Made by a program: the position numbers and the translations under genes
Shown here: positions 36,585 through 46,500 of the stretch, one piece after another
Layout: every line of letters begins with the position of its first letter
Numbering within the stretch: position 1 is the stretch's first letter
Notes under the pieces: generated by a model
What the model saw: the letters and a program-made list of their open reading frames with translations, nothing else
Databases searched by the model: none
What the model was told of the DNA's origin: nothing
NCBI GenBank assembly: GCA_049976505.1
Contig: JBMFIC010000004.1
Span: forward strand, 27,512 to 91,511
DNA from: Nitrososphaeria archaeon
GTDB lineage: Archaea > Thermoproteota > Nitrososphaeria > Conexivisphaerales > UBA164
Length of the DNA: 64,000 bases
Reading direction: 5' to 3'

Positions 36585-38831
36585 TTGAGCTACCAGGAGC
36601 TCGTTCTAAGGAGCGTTCCTAGGCTCGATTCGAGGGAAAAGGTGACGGGGGTTCTCAAGTTCTTTGGAGATGTCAGGCTGGAGGGCATGCTCCTCGGCTA
36701 CGTGGTGAGGAGCCCGTACCCTCACTGCCTTATCAGGGGGATGGACGTGGAGAGGGCGAGGAGGGTGCCAGGAGTACACGCCGTGGTTACATGGAAGGAG
36801 ATACCGGGAGTTAACAGGTATGGCCCATATGACGATGCACCGATACTTGCCCAGAACAAGGCAAACTACTTTGGAGAGGCGATAGCGCTCATAGCGGCGG
36901 ATAGCATGGAGGCTGCGCTGAGGGCCAAGGAGGAGCTTAACCTGAGGTGCGATGAACTCCCCGCGGTTGGATCCATAGAGGAGGCGCTTGAGGGCAGGGT
37001 TCTGGTCCACGAGAAGGGAAACGTAGCCGTTCACTTTCACGTGAGCAGGGGGAACGTTGATGAGGTGAAGAAGCAGACAGACCTGGTCTTCAGCAGGACC
37101 TACAGGACCCAGTTCCAGAAGCACATGTACCTTGAGCCCGAGAGCGGGTATGCCTACGTAGATGAGAAAGGAAGGATAAACGTTTTCTCCAACGGACAGA
37201 ACCCCCACGCGGACAGAAACGTCATAGCGAGGGCCCTGTCAATACCGGCGGAGAGGGTTAGGGTGGTGAGCTATCCAACTGGTGGCAGCTTCGGAGGAAA
37301 GGAGGAGTCGCCGTTCCCAGCCTTCCTGGCCCTGCTCGCTTACTACGCAGGAAGGCCGGTGAGAATCATGTACAGCAGGGAGGAGTCGGGCATAGCCGCG
37401 GTCCACAGGCATGCCTCGAAGATAGAGCTTGAGACTGGAGTCATGAAGGATGGCACCCTCACGTACAACATATCAAGGGTTTATCTGGACACTGGCGGGT
37501 ACATGATATGGGGCCCGAACGTCCTAGGAACGGCTATGGAGGTCTCGAACGGCCCGTACCGGTTCAGGGCTGTAGACGCCGAGGGGTTCCTTGTCTATAC
37601 CAACAACGGAGTTTCATCAGCGTTCAGGGGATTCGGGGCCCCACAGGGGGCCTTCGCCATGGAGAGCATGCTCGACGAGATATCCTCCGAGCTTGGCATA
37701 GATCCCATCGAGCTGAGGCTGAAGAACCTGCTGAGGGATGGGGAGCTGACGCCCTTCGGAACGAAGGCCAGGGGGCTTGATGGGGTCAGGAGGGCCCTTG
37801 AGATGGCGAAGGAGTCTGAGCTGCTGAGGGAGGAGAAGAGGGCGGAGAGGTTCTACAGGGAGGGCATAGGGGTTGCGCTTGGGATGAAGGGAATTGCCTA
37901 CGGGAGCGACGAGCCACCGGTCAACGTGGCCCTTGAGGTAGACCCGGAGGGCTACGTAGGAGTGTACTTCTCGAACGTTGACTACGGTCAGGGCATAATC
38001 ACTGGAAACGCACAGCTCGTATCGCTGAAGCTGGGAATCCCCCTTTCTTCTGTGAGGGTATACAACGCGGACACGGACGTCAGCCCGGACTCCGGATCTT
38101 CGAACGCATCGAGGAGCACGGTGACGAGCGGAATGGCCCTGGTCCAGGCGTGTGACGTTCTCGTGGAGAGGGTCAGGAACATGCTTGCCCAGAGGCTGGG
38201 AACGGACGTCTCGGAGGTGATTTACAGGAGCGGCACATTTGAAACGCCCTCAGGCAACTTCAGCCTTTTCGATGCTGTCGGGATAGTGAGCTCAGGCAGG
38301 AAGCTGAGGATAGAGCACACGTACCACCCGCCCGAGGTTGAGAGAAAGATAGAGGGCATGAAGGAGGCCCCGAGGTTCTTCTACACGTACGACGTGGCGA
38401 TAACCAAGATAGGGGTTGACCTGCTGACCGGCCAGGTAAAGGTCCTGAAGATGGAGCACTACGTCGACGCCGGAAGGATAATAAACCCGAACATAGCGGA
38501 GACGCAGGTCGAGGGCGCTGCGATAATGGGCCTGGGATTCGCTCTGTACGAGGAGCTCAAGTACGAGAAGGGCATGCCCCAGAACATAAACTACACGACG
38601 TATATCGTTCCGTCGTCGAAGGACGTGCCGGAAATTAAGGTCAGGTTCGTTGACTCCTACGAGCCCCTTGGGCCATTAGGGGCCAAGGGAGTAGGGGAGA
38701 TAGGTCTTGTGCCCGTAGCACCATCAATAGCTAGCGCTCTCAAGGACGCGATTGGAGTATCTGTGTATGAGCTCCCGATCAGCCCTGTCAGGGTTCTCGA
38801 AAGGGTTGGATCAGGCAGTAAGACAGCGTAG
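36585..38831 (+). CDS. Xanthine dehydrogenase/aldehyde oxidoreductase family molybdopterin-binding large subunit
   Basis: HMYLEPE, GGSFGGK, SAFRGFGAPQ, GQG, SNASRS, QVEG and AKGVGE. Confidence 0.9.
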   Translation: MSYQELVLRSVPRLDSREKVTGVLKFFGDVRLEGMLLGYVVRSPYPHCLIRGMDVERARRVPGVHAVVTWKEIPGVNRYGPYDDAPILAQNKANYFGEAIALIAADSMEAALRAKEELNLRCDELPAVGSIEEALEGRVLVHEKGNVAVHFHVSRGNVDEVKKQTDLVFSRTYRTQFQKHMYLEPESGYAYVDEKGRINVFSNGQNPHADRNVIARALSIPAERVRVVSYPTGGSFGGKEESPFPAFLALLAYYAGRPVRIMYSREESGIAAVHRHASKIELETGVMKDGTLTYNISRVYLDTGGYMIWGPNVLGTAMEVSNGPYRFRAVDAEGFLVYTNNGVSSAFRGFGAPQGAFAMESMLDEISSELGIDPIELRLKNLLRDGELTPFGTKARGLDGVRRALEMAKESELLREEKRAERFYREGIGVALGMKGIAYGSDEPPVNVALEVDPEGYVGVYFSNVDYGQGIITGNAQLVSLKLGIPLSSVRVYNADTDVSPDSGSSNASRSTVTSGMALVQACDVLVERVRNMLAQRLGTDVSEVIYRSGTFETPSGNFSLFDAVGIVSSGRKLRIEHTYHPPEVERKIEGMKEAPRFFYTYDVAITKIGVDLLTGQVKVLKMEHYVDAGRIINPNIAETQVEGAAIMGLGFALYEELKYEKGMPQNINYTTYIVPSSKDVPEIKVRFVDSYEPLGPLGAKGVGEIGLVPVAPSIASALKDAIGVSVYELPISPVRVLERVGSGSKTA

Positions 38832-39214
38832 GATCTTCTGATTTTCAGGTCTTGCAAAGCAGAGCTTATCTGGACTCTTTTTAATTCATAACATTCGACA
38901 GGTTCTCCGACCTCTAAGGCACATGGGTTCAAATAGTGGATTTGCATTAAACCACCCAGACCTCACTTACGGAATCTCTTATGAAAAAGGATTAACAACA
39001 AAGTTTTCTTGTTTTTGCATTAAGTTTTTGACTCTAAATGGTTCTCTACGAATAGGTTCTATTTTTCGTACGAAAGGAAAATCACACGCAAGCTCATCGC
39101 CCACATATAATGGGCAAAGCCTCGAAAACGCCACGCTTTTTTCTGCATGCGGATCGAAACAACAGTGAGCTTAATGAGCGCGGTTGCTTCATTAAGTTGC
39201 CGTGCTTTGCAGGT

Positions 39215-39328
39215 GTTTCAAGCCCTTATAGGTAGACTACAAACGCAAAATATACTTATAAAGCCTTAATGCGTCCTGACGCCTTGCATGCAAACACTGT
39301 TTCAAGCCCTTATAGGTAGACTACAAAC
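39215..39328 (-). CRISPR. Orphan CRISPR mini-array: two identical 30-bp repeats and one 54-bp spacer
   Basis: GTTTCAAGCCCTTATAGGTAGACTACAAAC at 39215-39244 and 39299-39328. The reverse complement, GTTTGTAGTCTACCTATAAGGGCTTGAAAC, ends in the canonical TTGAAAC. No cas genes in the window. Confidence 0.8.
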
Positions 39329-39520
39329 TGCTTTTGTTCTCGCCCTATTTAAGCTTTTGAGCCCATTCCGGGCCTCTTTTCCGGGAGGGCGGCGGTCGAC
39401 CTTTATCAGAGAGATGCTGAGCGTGGGTCGACCGGAAAACTTCATGAACCACGGGGGCAAAAACAGATCGCTCCTAGGGCCAGAAGCGGGGGTCGACCGG
39501 AGCGTTTCATGAACCCCAAT
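39329..39520 (-). promoter_or_regulatory. Putative CRISPR leader
   Basis: BRE/TATA-like AAAAGCTTAAATA ends 17 nt before the first repeat on the minus strand; three GGTCGACC motifs. Confidence 0.6.
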
Positions 39521-39603
39521 AAGTGCCAGAGCATTCAGCCGATCTTTACGATATTAACCTTTGCCTGAGTAAAGCTTAAAATTCCCCTTAAGTTAACCAC
39601 CTT

Positions 39604-40464
39604 GTGATCCAGCCCCTGATATATTTCCTCATTCTCGTGATAGCCAGCATGATCTCTGGGATCCTTGGGGCCCTTGTAGGGCTTGGGGGTGGCACCTTCC
39701 TGGTTCCCATATACACGCTTTATCTTAGGATGCCGATAGCTTATGCAACTGGGGCAAGCCTGATATCGACAATAGCTACCTCAAGCGGGGCTGCGAGCGC
39801 CTACATTAAGGACAGGATAACAAACGTGAAGATAGGCATGGGATTGGAGATCGCTACTACGAGTGGCTCCATTGTAGGAGCCCTGACGGTAGCGTACATA
39901 TATTCGCATCACTGGCAGTATATAGTGTACATAATATTCGGGCTGATGCTTCTTTCGCAGGTTTACATTCAGCTTACGAGGGCCAAGTACGAGCTTCCTA
40001 AGGAGATGAAGCCTGACTGGAGCACAAAGCTCTTCAAGCTCTACGGAAGCTACTACGACGTTGTTCTTGGCAAGGAGGTTAACTACTACGGAGTTAGGTG
40101 GTGGCTCGGAGAGACAATAATGTTCTTCGCCGGATTCATATCTGGCCTCCTTGGCATAGGCTCCGGAGCGCTTAAGGTGCTCGGGATGGACTGGGCAATG
40201 AACTTGCCAATGAAGGTTTCAACCACGACTAGCAACTTCATGATAGGAATAACTGCCGCAACTGGAAGCTCGATATACTGGATCTTCGGATACATACAGC
40301 CCTTCATAGCTGCAGGAACCGCAATAGGGGTCCTGATAGGAGCAATAATAGGGACGCGGATCCTTGTCAGGATAACTAACAGGAGCATCAGGTACGTCTT
40401 CTCTGCCATCCTGATATTCCTCGGAATTCAGATGATATTAAGAGGTCTTGGCTATGGATTTTAA
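39604..40464 (+). CDS. TauE/SafE sulfite exporter family protein
   Basis: GALVGLGGG and SGLLGIGSGALKV...MPMKVSTTTSNFM-type motifs. Confidence 0.9.
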   Translation: MIQPLIYFLILVIASMISGILGALVGLGGGTFLVPIYTLYLRMPIAYATGASLISTIATSSGAASAYIKDRITNVKIGMGLEIATTSGSIVGALTVAYIYSHHWQYIVYIIFGLMLLSQVYIQLTRAKYELPKEMKPDWSTKLFKLYGSYYDVVLGKEVNYYGVRWWLGETIMFFAGFISGLLGIGSGALKVLGMDWAMNLPMKVSTTTSNFMIGITAATGSSIYWIFGYIQPFIAAGTAIGVLIGAIIGTRILVRITNRSIRYVFSAILIFLGIQMILRGLGYGF

Positions 40465-40837
40465 CGACGCAATAGCATATGCGCTGAGGGGAGGAGTTAT
40501 CCTGAGCGCAGCCCTTCTTCTTCTTGGCCTAGCGCTCCTCGTGATAAACGGAAGGTCCGGACAGTACACCGTAAGCCAGATAGCCAGCACCGCATCGCTT
40601 GTAAACAGCTCGTACTTCAATGCCAGAGCTATAATAACTGGGGTTCAGACGATGAACCCTGTATCCATAATGTTACTTGGGCTAGTAGTGCTGATAGCGA
40701 CCCCCATAGTCAGGGTAGTGCTCGGAATAGCCCAGTTCATGAAGGAGAAGGACTGGCTCTACACCACGATAACGCTTATAGTGTTCTTCAACCTGATATT
40801 TGCAATATTCATACTGCCTAGCATACTGCATCTTTAA
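40448..40837 (+). CDS. DUF1634 family membrane protein
   Basis: ALRGGVILSA and GLVVLIATPIVRV; the usual partner of this TauE subtype. Confidence 0.8.
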   Translation: MAMDFNDAIAYALRGGVILSAALLLLGLALLVINGRSGQYTVSQIASTASLVNSSYFNARAIITGVQTMNPVSIMLLGLVVLIATPIVRVVLGIAQFMKEKDWLYTTITLIVFFNLIFAIFILPSILHL

Positions 40838-40842
40838 AGACT

Positions 40843-41229
40843 TCACTCAACCGGCTGGGCAAGCTCCTCAAGTTCAGAAGATAGGAATGCCCTTATGTTC
40901 TCCTCAACCGTGTGTCCCTTTGGCCTGTAAATCCTGATGCCCATGTCCTTCAGCCTGTAGAATGCTCCCGGCCCGATTGTATATGTTATAACGGCCGTTG
41001 GCCTGAGGGATACAAGAAAGGCGAAGAAGCCTCCGTGCATGTGTCCATCATGGTGCTCTTGATGCTCATCGTGCTCTGATGCGTATGGGTTCTGAACGAT
41101 TTTGAACGAAACGACTTGGTCGCCTTCTAGCTCAACGACCCCGAAGTACGGGGCCCTTCCAGGGTGACCTGTGACCCTGGAGCTCATGCCGCTGTTGTCC
41201 CTGAGGGGCATCACGATCCTCTGGATCAT
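40843..41229 (-). CDS. NifB/NifX (FeMo-cofactor-binding fold) family protein with a His-rich insert
   Basis: HPGRAPYF, NPY...HDEHQEHHDGHMHG and IGPGA. Confidence 0.8.
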   Translation of the reverse strand: MIQRIVMPLRDNSGMSSRVTGHPGRAPYFGVVELEGDQVVSFKIVQNPYASEHDEHQEHHDGHMHGGFFAFLVSLRPTAVITYTIGPGAFYRLKDMGIRIYRPKGHTVEENIRAFLSSELEELAQPVE

Positions 41230-41267
41230 ATGAAGGGTATGCGGCCGAGGTTTTTAAACTGTTTAAT

Positions 41268-42410
41268 TCAGTACACAGACTCCACTATGTCGTAAAGAAC
41301 AACGGGCGCCTGAAGCTGGATCCCCCTATACCTCAGGTAAGTCTCCTCGATAGCTCTCTTCATTTCCTGAAACTGTTTCCACTTGTCCTCCTCGCTCAGT
41401 TTCCCGAGCTCGGTGAGCATTGAGTAATAGGGGAGATCGGGGTATTCATGTAGCGGTGATATGAAAACCGTATCAAGCCTCTCAAGCTCAAGGCGCGAAA
41501 CGAACCTTGCCGAATCCCTGACGTGCTGTTCCCAGTATTTTCTTCCCCCAGCGCCAGCAAGAAATATCAGCCCAACGTTTATCCCCGCCTTCTTGACCTC
41601 CGATATGAACGACAGCGCCTTTTCCGTACTCATGGGCTTGTTGAGGATCCTGAGCACATCCTCGTTGCCGCTTTCGATCCCGAAGTAAACCTTCGTTAGT
41701 CCAAGATTCCTGAGCTCCCTGAGATCCTCGACCCGAAGCCTCCTTGGCGTAATGAAGCCATCTATGAAGGAGTACATCGGAAGGTTGAACGATTCCCTTA
41801 TAATCCTCATGTAGCTCCTAATTCTGTCCTGCTCAACAAGGAGCGCGTTTGCGTCGCCAAGAAAGATGCTCCTCCTTGACCTTATGGTGGGCCCGAAGTA
41901 CTCGACAAGCCCTTTTATCTGGGCATAAAGCTCCTCGGGCTCAAGAACCCTGTACGCCATATCCCTGTAGAGGTGGCAGAAGGTGCACCTGTTCCAGGCA
42001 CACCCAACGGTCACCTGTACGTATATCGGAAAGTACTGATCAGGCGGGACTATTGGCACTGGGCCGCTGTAAATCGACATGAGCTTTGCCGAGTCGCTCA
42101 CTAGGAACTCCCAGCCCAGGGACTCGATGTTGTCCATGTAGGGTCTGAGCTCTCTCTCAGCCCTCCTGAGAAACGAGTAGGCCTCATCAACAACTATCCT
42201 TGCCTCATCCTCGCTCAGCCTCCGGGCAATCCTTACTGAGTCCCTGTAGCCTACCTCAACGAACACGTTCAGGAGGGACCTCCTGTAGGTTTTTCTCCCG
42301 TTGCTGTATATCAGGATCCTTCCAAGCCTGTCAACGACGAGAACCCTAACCCCATCGGTGATGCTTATGGTGCCATCCTCAACCCTGACTATCATTTTCT
42401 CATCACTCAA
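41268..42410 (-). CDS. Radical SAM protein of unknown function
   Basis: CAWNRCTFC (CxxxCxxC), IFLGDANAL and YFGIESG. Confidence 0.85.
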   Translation of the reverse strand: MSDEKMIVRVEDGTISITDGVRVLVVDRLGRILIYSNGRKTYRRSLLNVFVEVGYRDSVRIARRLSEDEARIVVDEAYSFLRRAERELRPYMDNIESLGWEFLVSDSAKLMSIYSGPVPIVPPDQYFPIYVQVTVGCAWNRCTFCHLYRDMAYRVLEPEELYAQIKGLVEYFGPTIRSRRSIFLGDANALLVEQDRIRSYMRIIRESFNLPMYSFIDGFITPRRLRVEDLRELRNLGLTKVYFGIESGNEDVLRILNKPMSTEKALSFISEVKKAGINVGLIFLAGAGGRKYWEQHVRDSARFVSRLELERLDTVFISPLHEYPDLPYYSMLTELGKLSEEDKWKQFQEMKRAIEETYLRYRGIQLQAPVVLYDIVESVY

Positions 42411-42494
42411 TCACAGAAATGCTATATATCTGCAGCTCATTAACCTCACTTTAATAAAGGAAAAAATAATATTAATGATCAGCGTGGGGTCAGG

Positions 42495-43370
42495 ATGTTG
42501 CAGGCTCTTTATTACGCGCTCAGCGCTCTGGCGTTCATAACAGGATCCTTTCTTATATCGTACGGCATAGACGTTTCTTTCGAGCTGGAGGAGCTGAGCC
42601 CGCTGCTGTACTTTATTTTTCCGTTCCTCACGTCATTTCCGGAGCTTGCAGTTGTGGCCCTTGGGATCGCTACAGGGAGGTCGGGGCCAGAGGTCTCCCT
42701 TGGAACGGCCCTCGGCGAGCCATTCGCAGTCCTGACCATAGGGGTAATGCTCTTCAAGCTATACCGGGGCGAAAGCATCACGGGGGATTCCGGGCTAGAG
42801 ACCGCCCTCTACAGCTTCCTCATAATGGACATCCTGCTGCTGATATCCGTCTTTGTGAGGCTGGCCGCCTGCTCCCTCTTTGTAGCATTTGCAGTCTACG
42901 AGATCCTGGTCTTCAGGGAGTTCAGGAAAAAGACCTATTCGCCCCAGCGCTGGACCTTAGCGCTTTCTGTGGCTGGAGCCATTCTCGTTGTCGCGAGCGC
43001 AAGCGGCGTGGTCATGGGGATAATCTACATGTCTGAGGTGCTGAGCGTTCAGCCAGCCCTGGTCTCGTACTTCATAATACCGCTTATGAGCGCTCTGCCT
43101 GAAATACTGGCACCCTTCGTGCTCAGAAGGAGGGAAAAGAAGGAGAGGCTTGCGTCCCTCTTCTCCGAGCTGCCGATCGAGATGTCCCTCTATCCTGGAG
43201 CGGTCCTGCTCATCTCATCGCCCTCCTTACCCAAGGCCCTGCTCCTCGGGATCGCCGTCAGCGGCCTGCAGGGCGCCCTTGTGCTCCTTGAGCACAGGAC
43301 ACGGATAAGGGTGACCCTTTACTCCTCTGTTCTGCTTTACGTGCTGTACGCTCTGGCCGTCCTTTTCTGA
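42495..43370 (+). CDS. Sodium:calcium antiporter-like membrane protein
   Basis: Two alpha-repeat-like motifs (LTSFPEL, MSALPEI), about 10 TM segments. Confidence 0.7.
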   Translation: MLQALYYALSALAFITGSFLISYGIDVSFELEELSPLLYFIFPFLTSFPELAVVALGIATGRSGPEVSLGTALGEPFAVLTIGVMLFKLYRGESITGDSGLETALYSFLIMDILLLISVFVRLAACSLFVAFAVYEILVFREFRKKTYSPQRWTLALSVAGAILVVASASGVVMGIIYMSEVLSVQPALVSYFIIPLMSALPEILAPFVLRRREKKERLASLFSELPIEMSLYPGAVLLISSPSLPKALLLGIAVSGLQGALVLLEHRTRIRVTLYSSVLLYVLYALAVLF

Positions 43371-43452
43371 ACTCCTCCCCGCCCTGAAGTGGGCGAAACC
43401 CGTCCTCTGTCAGAAGCCAGCCTTCTTCATTGCATGGCTCAGGGCGGGTTCA
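43368..43452. mobile_element. 85-bp MITE-like remnant with IS200/IS605-type ends
   Basis: Left end TGAACTCCTCCCCGCCCTGAAG; right end TCAGGGCGGGTTCA is its partial inverted repeat. The first TGA is the antiporter stop codon. Confidence 0.55.
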
Positions 43453-43551
43453 ATTTCATCATACTGCCAATACTACTTTAATATCCCGATAATTATATAC
43501 GTTTCTGCAGGTATAAGGATATCCTATTGTTTGAAGATCCACGCCTGATCC

Positions 43552-46500
43552 TCATGATCGCTCCATGATCTCAGGGACGGTTACCTTAAGCTTCTCGGCT
43601 ATCTCGTCAACTATCTCGTCGAGAACGGCGAGGTAGCTGGTCTTTCCACTCTCCACGTCGTCCATTTTGCTCTCGAGCTGGGAGGTGAGCTCCTCCCCAA
43701 CGAGGTCCCCAAAGTTGTCTCTCAGGTACCTGTAGACGTTGATCCCGAGCTTGGTCGGTACGATCTTCTTCCTTTCGCTGATGAGGATCACGTACTTCCT
43801 GGTTATTATGGTCTTAACTATGGTCGAGTATGTGCTGGGCCTTCCTATTCCCTTTCTCTTCATTTCATCCACCAGGTCGCCCTCAGAGTAGAGCTCGACC
43901 CTCCTGTACTCGTAGAAGTTCTCGATCCTGACGGTGAACTGGCTCGCCTTCAGCTCCTCGTGGAGCTCCCTGAACGGAGGAGACACACGGGCAAATCCGT
44001 CCTTGACGTACCTGAGCGGGATCTCAAGCGGGTTAGGCTCAACCTCCACGTCCTTTCCGTCCTTCTCGGCGGATAGCTTTATGACCTGCTTAACCACAAC
44101 GGCAGGTGGCATCTGGCTTGCTATGAACCTCCTGAATATCAGATCGTAGACAGCGTAGTGCCTCCAGGCCAGAGCTATCGGGGTGTAGATGAGGCCCTGC
44201 TGGATGTAGTTCTTGAGATCCTGTGAAGAAAGTGGCTTCGTAGGCCTTATCGCTTCATGGGCCCCTCCCTCTCCCCACTTCCTGGGATAGAAGTAGCTCT
44301 CATCGAGGCCCAGTATCTGGGTTATGTAGCTCTTAGCCACAGCCAGGCCCGCGTCGGAGACCCTTGTGCTGTCCGTTCTCGGATAGGTTATGAGGCCTGC
44401 CTCGAAGAGGTCCTGAAGCGTTCCGGCTATCTCGCTCGTCGACATCTTAAGGATGTTGGCAGCGTCCCTCAGGATCTCGCTCATGGTGTACGGGGGAGGC
44501 GGGTTTATCCTGTCCTCAACGATTTCGGAGCTCACGACCTTCACGAGGACCTCGTCGCCGATGGCAAACTTCACCTCCCCTGAGGGATGGAACCTGATCG
44601 ACATCCCATTTATCCTTGAAGAGTAGGCCTTCACGAGGTTGCTCCTGTCCCTGTACTGATCGTACCTCTGTATTATCCAGCCGAGCACCGGCGTCTGTAC
44701 CCTTCCGGCGCTGAGGTTCCTGTTTGGCCTGTCGCAGCCATGCTTCAGGTTCTCCTCGCAGTACTTCTTCCAGAACTCGTTCTGAAGCCTGCTAGAGAGC
44801 TCAAAGCCCAGCCACCTGTCGTCCAGCCTCCTCACCACCTGAGCCTTGACCAGGTTCTCGTTTATTGCCCTTGGCTCGCTAATCGCCTTCAGGAGCGCTG
44901 GCTTCGTGACCTCGTGAAATTCAACCCTCTTTATGTTGGAGTTGAACGGACGGAGAACGTTGTAGATGTCCCAGGATATCTTCTCGCCCTCTGTATCAGG
45001 GTCGGTTCCTATCATCACGAGGTCAACGGCGTAGGCCAGCTTCTCTATGGATCTTATCAGGGAAGTCTTGTCCCTCACGAACTTTGCGCCACAGACAGGG
45101 CAGACGTCTCCTGCGGTGGTGACCTGGTGGTTGTTCTCGCAGACCTTTATGCTGGCGTAATGGGGTATGTACTGCCTCCTCCCGTCCCTGACTATTTCAA
45201 CTCCATGGTAGCCTATCCTGTCGAGGGTAAGGTCCATTATGTGTCCCGCAGTGTACGCTATGTTCAGGAGGTTTCCGCTGACTACCGTTTCAAAGACTAC
45301 GATGCCCTCCCTTATCGTTATCGCTGGCCTCGAGAAGAAGTTGGCTATCGTCTTTGCCTTGTGCGGCGACTCCACTATGAGGAGCATGGATGAGAACTTG
45401 GAGGTCTGCTCAGAGGTTCCGGCCTGTTCCTCGATGACTACCTCCTTTCTGTCGCTGTCTATCCTCCTAAGTATCTCCTTTATGTCGACCTCCTCGGGCC
45501 TCCTCCACTCTATCCCGAAGGTTATTGATGTGAGCTTCCTGAATATCGCGAAGAGGTTGTCGTCGTCAACGAAGAGGATGCTGAGCCCGAGTGTGTTGCC
45601 CCAGGACCTCATCCTTGAGGTCCTTCCGCTGGCCTGTATGTATGTTATCATGTCTGGAACGAGTATGCTGTTGTCCTTCACCACAGCACCAATGCTCGTG
45701 CTCAGCTTCTGGAGGAAGACCGTGTCCTTCAGGGCCTCGTTCACGACGTTGTAAGCTGACATTATGTACTGGTCCTCTATCTCGCCCTCCCTGACCTTCT
45801 TTGCGAGGACCTGTAGGGCAGCGGGGCTCAGCCTAGTTATCTTTCTTCTTATTATCGAGGCAAGCCTGTTAACGTCGGGCCTGTTCACGTAAAGGGCGTA
45901 GGCCGTTAGGATTCTGGTCATGAGAACTGGATGCATCTTCTCCCCAATCCTGAACCTGAACCTTGGTATCCCCACGAATATGGCGTACCTGATCTTCTCG
46001 GGGATGTCTATTCCCCTTACGAGGGTTCCGTAGTGGGTTGCAACGCCTATCAGCACGGAGTACTTACCATTCCTGAACTCGTCCAGGACCCTTACGTTCC
46101 TCCCGCTGACAACGGCGCTCCTGATGCCGGCCTCGTTTAGCCTCGCGCTCAGCTCCTCGGCGTACTCGCTCCCGAGATCCGTGGTGACAAATATGAGGCC
46201 CCCATCGCCGAGCTCGCTCACCTTCCTCTTGATCTCCTGGACCACGTCCTTGGGCATCTCCTCGTAGAGGTCCACGACGTTTCTCGGATAGGAGCCAGGG
46301 GCGCCGGGCCTGAAGCCCATCAGCACCAGGAACAGAGGGCTTGACCTGGTTATGGTTCCCGAGGAGAATATCATTATCCTCTTCATGGCCCTCCTCCTAA
46401 GCTCGTAGACCTTCTCGAGGTCTATCCTCCTCTCCGTCGCTATGGTCTCGCGAGCCCTTTCGATCTCCTCATCGGTGAACCCAGCGAGCCTGAGGACCAG

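Noticed and set aside
38923-39168. 81-aa ORF beside the CRISPR mini-array as a possible toxin or cas remnant
   Set aside because: No recognisable motif, SD or codon bias in any frame; cannot be supported without a search.
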